From Candidatus Hydrogenedentota bacterium (lineage in GTDB: Bacteria; Hydrogenedentota; Hydrogenedentia; Hydrogenedentales; SLHB01): a DNA stretch of 64,000 nucleotides. Each line of letters begins with the position of its first letter. Positions within the stretch are counted from its first letter, which is position 1. Below the pieces are notes generated by a model. It was not told where the DNA came from, did no database searches, and was given only the letters and a program-made list of their open reading frames with translations. A program made the translations under genes and the position numbers. The stretch covers positions 224,001-288,000 of the forward strand of contig CAXXYE010000003.1 of the NCBI GenBank assembly GCA_963674865.2, given 5' to 3'. Of the stretch, positions 1-7,903 are shown one piece after another.

Positions 1-1
1 G

Positions 2-1246
2 CTCCTGTCGCCGGAAATTGAAGGGGGCGAGATAGGGCGAAGCGGACGCGTCACCAAGCTTCGCTACGACGACATCCTTATCATTGTCATCTTCCTTGGC
101 GTGATGGTGAAGCTCGCTTTTGAGGGCCGGCTGAGGTTCTGGCAGCCGAGTCCGATCAACCTGGGCATTACCTGCTACTACGGCATCTGCATCATCTCAA
201 CCTTGCTCGCACTGCGCATGGGCCTGCCCGCCTATGATACAAACGCGGCCCTCTTCGTCATGTTGAAGATGGCGGAGTTCTATATGGTTTTCATCCTCGT
301 GGGCCACGCTTTGCGCGACATGAAGGAGGTACGCAACCAATTGGTGGTGTTTTTCCTGGTGGGATTGATCGTATGCATCTATTGCTCCCTGCAGATCAAC
401 GCTCCCTGGCGGATCAGCGCGCCCTTCGACGAGAAGGGCGGCACCGAGCCAAACACCCTCGGCGGCTACCTGATCATTCTGATGTGCATCGCGGGCGGGC
501 TCCTCACGCAGGCGCCCACGTGGCGCCTCAAGATGATGTTCCTTGGAATTGCCTTCGCCGCGTTTGTCCCGTTCTTGTTCTCCTTATCGCGCGCTTCTTA
601 CGTCGCCTTCATCGTCGCGCCGCTTGCCCTAGGGCTGATGACGAGAAAGTACTACGTCGTCCTGGTGGTCGCGCTGGTGCTCTCATTCTCAAGCGTTTTG
701 ATGCCTGCCGAGGTGAAGGACCGCGTCAACTACACGTTCCAGCGTGGGACGGGGGAGCCTATTGTCATCGCGGGGCGGCACACGGGACTCCAGGTGGACA
801 AGTCGACGTACGAGCGGATCTACGTCTGGCAGAAAGTTCGCTACAATCTCAGAGTCTGGCCTTGGCTCGGCGGCGGCGTGGCCTGGCAGAGCGTGCTTGA
901 CAGCCACTACGCGAGGGTGGCCATCGAGACGGGACTGCTCGGTTTGGCGGCGTTCGTGTTCATGCAACTTCAAATGCTGCGAACCTGCCGCGATGCTTAC
1001 CGGTGGTCGCGTAGCTGGCTGGGAAGAGGAGTGGCCTACGGCACGGCCACCGCGTTGGTCGGGATCATTGTCCACTCGCTGGGCACCATCACCTTTCTCA
1101 TCATCCGAATCATGGAGCCTCTGTGGTTTTTGCTTGCCCTGACTGTCGTCGTCCGTTCTCTTGCCATCGAGGAATACCTGAAGGAGCGCGACGCCGAAAG
1201 CGCCGAAGCCCTGACGGGAGTTGACCCCGTTCCTTCGGAGTTGTAG
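2..1246 (+). CDS. O-antigen ligase (WaaL/Wzy_C) family membrane protein, 5'-partial
   Basis: The frame is open from position 2. Many TM segments, with EPNTLGGYL, SLSRASY and a late DSHYARVAIETGLLG motif typical of the family. Confidence 0.8.
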   Translation, partial: LLSPEIEGGEIGRSGRVTKLRYDDILIIVIFLGVMVKLAFEGRLRFWQPSPINLGITCYYGICIISTLLALRMGLPAYDTNAALFVMLKMAEFYMVFILVGHALRDMKEVRNQLVVFFLVGLIVCIYCSLQINAPWRISAPFDEKGGTEPNTLGGYLIILMCIAGGLLTQAPTWRLKMMFLGIAFAAFVPFLFSLSRASYVAFIVAPLALGLMTRKYYVVLVVALVLSFSSVLMPAEVKDRVNYTFQRGTGEPIVIAGRHTGLQVDKSTYERIYVWQKVRYNLRVWPWLGGGVAWQSVLDSHYARVAIETGLLGLAAFVFMQLQMLRTCRDAYRWSRSWLGRGVAYGTATALVGIIVHSLGTITFLIIRIMEPLWFLLALTVVVRSLAIEEYLKERDAESAEALTGVDPVPSEL

Positions 1247-1273
1247 CCGCGCAGGAGCGAGCAGTGCGACTGT

Positions 1274-2203
1274 CTAGATTAGAATCGCCTCGTCCCACCC
1301 GAGCTTGACCACGTCGATCCGAGCCGGGTCGGCGATGCCGAGGGCAAACTTGTCCTGCGCGACCTGGATGTGTTTGGGCGGTACAAGATAAGCTCGTTCT
1401 TCACCGAATACCGTGAGGCGCTTGGCGGTGAGGATGCGCAGTCCGGTTGCGTCTACGGCGACGGGATCCGCGCCAACGATCAATCCCTTGTATGGCCACA
1501 GGTAATCCGCGTTGAAATGGTGCGGCCCTTTGCCATGAAAGAGGGGCGTGAGCATGACGAGGATATTCAGCCGTGTCTTCCCCTTAACCATGGGCAGATC
1601 CCAAAGCCCCGCTAGGTTGGCGCATGAGTCGTCGTGCCAATTCGGTGGACTCTCAGAGAACGGGATGTAGTTCTTCAGGCAACTTCCGACACCTGCCCAA
1701 TGATGCGTGCGCATGGGCCGCATGTTGATGAGCGCCGTGGCCCGATGAAACAGGGGATTGGTGCGGACGCCGCGGTCATCCACGCCGATCCGCTCCTCGG
1801 ATACGCCCGCCCGCTTGATTCGGGTAAGGACGGCCTGTTCCAGTGGGGGCGGCGTCCTGAGAAAGCGCCACACGTTGGTCTTGATCCCGACGGTATCTTC
1901 GGCGGATACCAGGCGCTTCCAGCAACTCGTCACGTCCGACTCGCCGAGAAGAGCCTTGACGCCGTCGTCCAGCATGCGCTCGATAACCGTAGGATCTAGG
2001 TTGCCGTCTCCGTCAAGCACGGCGGCATCGCGCACGAGGACAACTCGAGTCCGTGCGCTGGCGGCCGCCTCAAGGGACTTGGCCGCGGGCGTTGCCTCCT
2101 GAGCGGACGCTGCGAATCCTGCGCCCAAGAGCGTCGCGCCGGCTGTCCCGCGCAAAAAGTCCCGGCGGGTAATGGCGAGGTGATTCCTCTTCCCATCACG
2201 CAT
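1274..2203 (-). CDS. DUF362 domain protein with Tat signal peptide
   Basis: ATG at 2203 with AAGGAG RBS. Twin-arginine motif TRRDFLR, plus VGIKTN, CLKNY and DPVAVDA motifs. Confidence 0.75.
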   Translation of the reverse strand: MRDGKRNHLAITRRDFLRGTAGATLLGAGFAASAQEATPAAKSLEAAASARTRVVLVRDAAVLDGDGNLDPTVIERMLDDGVKALLGESDVTSCWKRLVSAEDTVGIKTNVWRFLRTPPPLEQAVLTRIKRAGVSEERIGVDDRGVRTNPLFHRATALINMRPMRTHHWAGVGSCLKNYIPFSESPPNWHDDSCANLAGLWDLPMVKGKTRLNILVMLTPLFHGKGPHHFNADYLWPYKGLIVGADPVAVDATGLRILTAKRLTVFGEERAYLVPPKHIQVAQDKFALGIADPARIDVVKLGWDEAILI

Positions 2204-2325
2204 GGCCAGCCGCTCCTTACCGGACGCCAAACGGTCCCACCTCACCACAATATAGTGAAACGTGGGGCCGTCCGTTTGCAAATCGCCGGTTCATTATGCT
2301 ACCTTTTTGATGCTTCGAAGCGCGC

Positions 2326-2402
2326 GTACCCGTGGCTCAATTGGATAGAGCACTTGGCTACGGACCAAGGGGTTGGGGGTTCGAGTCCCTCCGGGTACGC
2401 CA
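2326..2402 (+). tRNA. tRNA-Arg (anticodon ACG)
   Basis: GTACCCG/CGGGTAC acceptor stem, D arm, anticodon stem CTTGG/CCAAG around CT-ACG-GA, TTCGAGT T loop and encoded CCA. Length 77 nt. Confidence 0.97.
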
Positions 2403-2451
2403 TTTTCTTGTCTTCCCGGATCGGGGAATATTCTTGTTCCCTGCCTCGCCG

Positions 2452-3861
2452 CTATTTTCTCCAATGCTTCTCCGCAAACGCCAGATACTGCCGCAGATCG
2501 TATGTGGCGAGGTCGTGCTTGCCGGTGCGATAGTGGTAGCCGATGGCGTCTCCGACGGGGTGGTTTAGTTCGGGCATCTCGGTGACGCCGAGGCCGGGCA
2601 CGCCGAGTAGGCAGTACACCGGGGCCGCGTGTGCGGCGCTCAGGAATTCACCTCGCGGGTCGGCCCACCCATCCTTCTCCGCGCTGGCGATGTATACCAG
2701 GCGAGGCGCCATCAGAGCGATAAGCATGTGCTGATCGACGGGCAGGGCGGCCTCATTCTCGTTGTACTGTGAGAAGTTGTCACAGAACCAGTGCGGAAAA
2801 CTCCTGTTGATGCGTCCCACCGTTTCGCCGTAGCACCGGCGACTCAGCGCCGCCCCGGCGCAGCCGGAGTCGTTTGAGATCACGAGGGCGAATCGCTCAT
2901 CCTGCGCGCCTGCCCAAAGGGCGGTTTTCCCCATCCGTGAGTGGCCCAGCACGGCGACGCGGCGAGGGTCGATGCGGTCGTCCGCCTCCAGATAATCCAT
3001 GGTGCGGCTCAGTCCCCACGCCCAAGCGCCGATGGTGCCCCATTCATCCGGGGCCGGCCGCGTTTGCCCATCCTTGTAGAATAGTGGGTGAATGCCGTTC
3101 TGGAATCCGTCGTCGAAATCCGGGTCGATGTCGTCTTTGTTCAGCGTTGCCATGGCATAGCCGTGCTCAATAACCACGCGTGCGGGGCACGGGCACGCCT
3201 CGAACAGGCCCTCCTCGGCCCCGCTGTCCTTCGCATCGCCGGCAGCGGTTTTCCTCGCGGCCTCCAAGTCTCGGCGCGCGGCTTCTTCGTCCCAAAGGGC
3301 GAGGCCAAGGAACGCCGGTACGCGGCCTTCAACGTGGTTCGGGAGGAAGAGCAGCACATGCATTTGGGGCCCGCCTTTGTCCGCTGTGAAGTAAACCGTG
3401 ACCTCCTTCCTCGTGGCCCTGCCGTCCAGGGCGCTCGCGTCCACCGAGGTAACTTCCCAATGCATCCCATCCGGCCTTCCGGGGCTTCGTCCGTACACAT
3501 GTGTGCGGAAAAGCTCCAGGATCTCCGGCCGCCGCTTGTCACGCCAGGCGGCCGCGTCCGTCACCCGCTCTCCATTCGCCAAGATTAGCAGGTCGGGCAA
3601 TGTGTACTTGGGTACCTTCTCTTCATCGTAATTAGGTTTCCATTCCTCCGCCGCAGCCGCGCAGGATATCGCTGCTGCTCCAATAAATGTTACTGTCGCA
3701 AACACAGCGAGTATGAGAGCCGTATTCCAGCCGTCGCTGCTGTTAGAATGTATACTCATTGTGCCGAGAACCTGCCTCCCTGTACTCGATAGAAAAGCCA
3801 GGGCGAATGCCAGTGCGCAAGAGGCAAGAATGCGTATGAGCGGGCCTATTCTGCTCTGCAC
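2452..3861 (-). CDS. CE15-family carbohydrate esterase (glucuronoyl esterase-like), secreted
   Basis: Catalytic Ser motif GHSRMGK, plus WGTIGAWAWG, SGCAGAA and DQHMLIALMAPR. The start is uncertain (GTG 3861 or a later ATG). Confidence 0.85.
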   Translation of the reverse strand: MQSRIGPLIRILASCALAFALAFLSSTGRQVLGTMSIHSNSSDGWNTALILAVFATVTFIGAAAISCAAAAEEWKPNYDEEKVPKYTLPDLLILANGERVTDAAAWRDKRRPEILELFRTHVYGRSPGRPDGMHWEVTSVDASALDGRATRKEVTVYFTADKGGPQMHVLLFLPNHVEGRVPAFLGLALWDEEAARRDLEAARKTAAGDAKDSGAEEGLFEACPCPARVVIEHGYAMATLNKDDIDPDFDDGFQNGIHPLFYKDGQTRPAPDEWGTIGAWAWGLSRTMDYLEADDRIDPRRVAVLGHSRMGKTALWAGAQDERFALVISNDSGCAGAALSRRCYGETVGRINRSFPHWFCDNFSQYNENEAALPVDQHMLIALMAPRLVYIASAEKDGWADPRGEFLSAAHAAPVYCLLGVPGLGVTEMPELNHPVGDAIGYHYRTGKHDLATYDLRQYLAFAEKHWRK

Positions 3862-4290
3862 CTCTTCTTCTCCTCAGTTGGACAAGCGCCGCCAACGACG
3901 CCGGGCTCGTGCCATGAAAGCGAACGCCGCAGGATAAGGAATTCCTTACGTTGAGGAATGGTAAGACAGGAGGCGGTTTCGGGACAAGGACTTGTAGAGG
4001 GATTCAGTTTGGCGTCGATTGGAAGTGCCGAAGCTCTGGCCAAAGAACGGTCCCGGCATGTCTTCGCGTCAACATGCTTCCTGAAACATCCCGGCGAACG
4101 CCTATATGCCTTGCCCGCCCGATCGCTCCAGTTAAGACGGGGCATCGATTCAAGGCAGTCTGAATGACATCCTACTTGAGCGCATTAGCGAGTAGAATGA
4201 GCGCCTGCTCCTGGGGCATCTCAACCGCAAGATGCGCACGCCTCTCCAGGGACTGTGCGTAATGAAGTGCCGTTACGCGTGGTTGGCTCT

Positions 4291-4740
4291 CTAGTTCGTC
4301 AGCTTGCCGCGGTGTTTCTGGACAATCTCCACGAGGAAATCACGCGCTTGGCTGGCACTTAGCCGGTAAGGGTCGAGTCTGCCGCGCCAAGCGAATTTCA
4401 AGACCACCTGTTCATCCAAGTCGCTAGATATGAGGAACGCCATGGACCAATCCGCAAACTCCCTTGCCTGGATGTCGGAATATTCGAGCAAGGTCACATC
4501 GGTGTGCCTCTTGTCCTTCTGAATGGCCGCGTAAAGGTCGTTGACCGCCGCCCTCGGTCCTTCTAAACACTGCATGAAGAACAAGGGATCGTAACAGAGC
4601 ACACCGGTGATATCTTTCGTTTCGTTCTTCTCGCGTGATACCTTGAGGATCTCCTGGAGCGCGGCCGTATCGCACTCTTCCGTCATGCGGCTCACATAAA
4701 TCAGCCTAACCATATGTGTCGAATGCTCTTCGCTGCTCAT
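4291..4740 (-). CDS. Standalone BLUF-domain blue-light sensor
   Basis: LIYVS...N...ITGVL...FMQCLEG...DKRH...FADWSM carries the conserved Tyr, Gln, Trp and Met. ATG at 4740 follows GGAGGT. Confidence 0.92.
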   Translation of the reverse strand: MSSEEHSTHMVRLIYVSRMTEECDTAALQEILKVSREKNETKDITGVLCYDPLFFMQCLEGPRAAVNDLYAAIQKDKRHTDVTLLEYSDIQAREFADWSMAFLISSDLDEQVVLKFAWRGRLDPYRLSASQARDFLVEIVQKHRGKLTN

Positions 4741-5000
4741 TTTGTAAACACCTCCGTAGTTCGACCACACCGGATCAGCTTCGAACGTCTTATGATAGGC
4801 CAAGACAGGGCGCGTCCACAACACACAATGGACCACTATCGTAATCCACACGCCGGCCGCGTTTCTGGGGGGGCATGTCACGTGTGTAGGGATTCTATCC
4901 ACAGGCAGCGCAATGAATGGGCGGCGCGTCCGGACTGGCCTTTGGAAAGCGATGACTTCCGTGAGGGGATAGAGACGAGACGCGCGCGAAGGGCTGTCGG

Positions 5001-5930
5001 CTAGGCCCTATCCCAGAACTGGTGTTGGACGCTTAGGCGACGGGCCAAGCTGAGGGGAAGATAGGAGTAGCGGGCACCCAACGTGAATCCGGCGTACTTG
5101 AGACAAGTGCGGAGCAATGCCGACGGGATAAGCCACGGGGCGTTGTGCGCAAGGTAGGCGAATTCCGAGCGCAAGAATCGCGACCCTTCTCCCTCCGCGG
5201 CGCCAAAGCGCTCGCGGATCCACGGCTGTTGGTGGTGGAACGCGCCGATGTCGAAATACCTGCCGAACTCGGCCCGGAATGTGTAATCATGGGAATGGTA
5301 CACACAGGCGTCGGCGCAGTAGGCGATCTTCTTGCCCGCGAGGATAAGCTTGCTCGCGGCCAAGGCGTCCTCGTTGACGATAGTATGCGTGTCGAATCCG
5401 CCGACGGCCATCAGGTCGGCGCGGCGCCATGCGCCAAAGGAGTTCGAGAAGAAGGATGTCTTGATACCTAGCTGCGGGACCTCTGCCAGACTGCGGACCT
5501 CGCCCATATCCGGATAATTGAACGCCCGCGCGTGTGCGGCGATATGGCCCGCGTCACGGTGGGGGAGTTGGCGGCCGTATGCGGCGGCCACATCCGGGTC
5601 ATCAAAGCAGGCCGTTAGTTTCTCCAGAGCCTTCGGCTGGGCCAGCAGGGCGTCTTGAGTGAGGAACACGACCACGTCTACGTCGGTAACGCGTTCCGCC
5701 GCCTGCTGCCGCGTCTTGCCGTGTCCAAACGCGGAGGCGTGGAGAGACTCAACCTGGAATCCGGCATCAATTGCCTGAGTCGCGGCGTCATCGCTGGACG
5801 ACGAGTCCATAATCAACACTGGCTGCGGACGGAGCGTCTGAGCGAGGACGGCATCGACCCACGCCGGCCAACACGAGCCGGGATCGCGCACCGGACAGAT
5901 CAGCGCTATCTGATGTTGCACGGAACCCAT
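5001..5930 (-). CDS. GT2 glycosyltransferase (rhamnosyltransferase RfbN-like)
   Basis: Motifs DSSSSD, FGHGKTRQ, FLTQDA, AYGRQLP, FFSNSF and VYHSHDY. Confidence 0.88.
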   Translation of the reverse strand: MGSVQHQIALICPVRDPGSCWPAWVDAVLAQTLRPQPVLIMDSSSSDDAATQAIDAGFQVESLHASAFGHGKTRQQAAERVTDVDVVVFLTQDALLAQPKALEKLTACFDDPDVAAAYGRQLPHRDAGHIAAHARAFNYPDMGEVRSLAEVPQLGIKTSFFSNSFGAWRRADLMAVGGFDTHTIVNEDALAASKLILAGKKIAYCADACVYHSHDYTFRAEFGRYFDIGAFHHQQPWIRERFGAAEGEGSRFLRSEFAYLAHNAPWLIPSALLRTCLKYAGFTLGARYSYLPLSLARRLSVQHQFWDRA

Positions 5931-6067
5931 TGCGCCGGCCTTTCCCCTCCGTTACAGTCTTTTGCATCCACGCATACCTTATCACACGGACTCAGGCGAA
6001 TGAACGGGGTGAGAAAGGGTATACTCAAGAGAGGGGGTGTGGCCAAATAAGGAGAAAGGGTGCGCGG

Positions 6068-7069
6068 ATGAGCGGCGACTACGTAGGCTACGGGCGGCTT
6101 GACGTGACGGGGGCGTTGGATCGTGCAATCCAGCACGCTAAGCGGGTGCTATTCCGGCCGTTTGACATGGGGAAGTGGTTGAGCTTTGGCGTCATCGTCT
6201 TCCTCGAGGTGTTGCTCCAAGGCGGTGGAGGGTTTAATTTCAACCTCCCCTCGAATCGCTCGAGCGGCAGCGGGGCGGACGTTGGGGAGATCGTCCGAGC
6301 GGGCCACGACTGGGTGGTGGCGCACCTCGCCGTGATCCTCATGATAGGTATTCCATTGCTAGTCTTTGCGTTCGCCTTCGGTATTGTCATGCTCTGGCTG
6401 AGAAGCCATGGGCAGGTAATGCTGATCCGGGCCGTAGCCGAGAATGACGCCCGTATAGGGGAGAACTGGCGTGAGACTCGGGCGGCGGCATGGTCGCTCT
6501 TCCTGTTTCGGTTGGTGTTGAACCTCATTTCATTCACGTGCGTTGTGTTGGCGCTGGCCATTGGCGTTGTTCTTGTTCTAGGTATCGCCTCGCGCGGCGG
6601 GGCGTCGGCATGGCATTTTGTCATGGGGCTGCTGCCGCTTCTCGGGGTGGGGCTCACCCTCGCTCTGGTATTGACGCTCATCCAAACGCTCCTGCGGAAC
6701 TTCGTCTCACCGCTGATGGTTCATCTCGATCTGCCATGTCTGGCGGCGTGGTCGAAGTTCAGGGAGATCGCCCGCGGGAACCTCCTTAGGATTGCCCTGT
6801 TCATCCTGATCCGGTTCGTCTATCTGATCGCTTTCGGGATCGCGGCGTTGCTGGTGGGGTGTCTGACGTGCTGTATCGGATTTCTGCCCGTGATTCATCA
6901 GGCGCTGTTCGCGCCGTTCTACGTGTTCGACCGCGCCTACTCCCTCTATGTGCTGGAGTCGGCGGGACCTGACCTGCGCATCATTAGCCCTCCCGAAGCG
7001 CAACTCGTCACGTACGATACAATACCTGACGAGACGGACGACATTCCTCCGGAGAATCCCCCCTTGTAG
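6068..7069 (+). CDS. Hypothetical integral membrane protein
   Basis: ATG at 6068 after AGGAG. About 5-6 hydrophobic segments and a CLTCC motif. Confidence 0.7.
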   Translation: MSGDYVGYGRLDVTGALDRAIQHAKRVLFRPFDMGKWLSFGVIVFLEVLLQGGGGFNFNLPSNRSSGSGADVGEIVRAGHDWVVAHLAVILMIGIPLLVFAFAFGIVMLWLRSHGQVMLIRAVAENDARIGENWRETRAAAWSLFLFRLVLNLISFTCVVLALAIGVVLVLGIASRGGASAWHFVMGLLPLLGVGLTLALVLTLIQTLLRNFVSPLMVHLDLPCLAAWSKFREIARGNLLRIALFILIRFVYLIAFGIAALLVGCLTCCIGFLPVIHQALFAPFYVFDRAYSLYVLESAGPDLRIISPPEAQLVTYDTIPDETDDIPPENPPL

Positions 7070-7085
7070 TCTGCGGGCGCCCTGG

Positions 7086-7877
7086 CTAGAGCAGGTGGTC
7101 CTGGGCGTAAATGACGGCATTGCGGAAGACGGCAAGGCCGGCGCCCTCCTCGGGGAGGTTCTCTCGAGACCAGCGCGGGTGGTTGGTTCTGTCCACGTAG
7201 GCCTCCGGATGCGGCATGAGGCCGAAGATGCGGCCGCTGGGGTCGCATATCCCGGCGATGTCATCCGTCGAGCCGTTGGGATTGCTCGGGAATTCGCCGC
7301 GGGCGGGGGCGCCGTCGGGAGTGCAATACCGCAGGGCGACTTGGCCGTTGGCGCGCAGCCGTTCGAGCGTGCTCTCGCTCTCGGGGATGAACCTGCCTTC
7401 GCCATGGCGGACGGGGAGTTCGATGGCGTCGATGCCCTTCAGCCAGATGCAGGGCGTGTTGTGCGCGACCGCGAGCCGAATCCAGCGGTTCTCGAATCGG
7501 CCGGAGTCGTTGTGCGTGAGTGTTACCTGTTGGGCGAATTCACCATCAAAGAGCGGCAGAATGCCCATCTTCACGAGTACCTGGAAGCCGTTGCATATGC
7601 CGATAATCAGCTTGCCGTCGCGCACAAACTTCCGGAGCGGCTCCCCCAGCTTGAATCGAAGGCGATTGGCGAGGATCTTGCCCGAAGCCACGTCATCGCC
7701 GAATGAGAATCCGCCCGGAACCGCGAGAATACAGGATGCGTTGAGGAGCTCGGGCCGCTCGATGACATCGTTGAGGTGGACGCGTTGAGCGTCCGCCCCG
7801 GCCCGCCTCAAGGCGGTTTCCGTTTCAAGGTCGCAGTTGATGCCGAATCCCGTTAGTACCAACGCGCGTACGTTCAC
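7086..7877 (-). CDS. purQ: FGAM synthase glutaminase subunit
   Basis: Motifs GINCD, PGGFSFGD, GICNGFQ, HGEG and MPHPE. Confidence 0.95.
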   Translation of the reverse strand: MNVRALVLTGFGINCDLETETALRRAGADAQRVHLNDVIERPELLNASCILAVPGGFSFGDDVASGKILANRLRFKLGEPLRKFVRDGKLIIGICNGFQVLVKMGILPLFDGEFAQQVTLTHNDSGRFENRWIRLAVAHNTPCIWLKGIDAIELPVRHGEGRFIPESESTLERLRANGQVALRYCTPDGAPARGEFPSNPNGSTDDIAGICDPSGRIFGLMPHPEAYVDRTNHPRWSRENLPEEGAGLAVFRNAVIYAQDHLL

Positions 7878-7903
7878 GTCCAACACCTTTCTGTCTGTGC
7901 GGG

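Noticed and set aside
2326..2460. Genomic island integrated at tRNA-Arg
   Set aside because: There is no adjacent integrase, and I noticed no duplicate of the tRNA 3' end.
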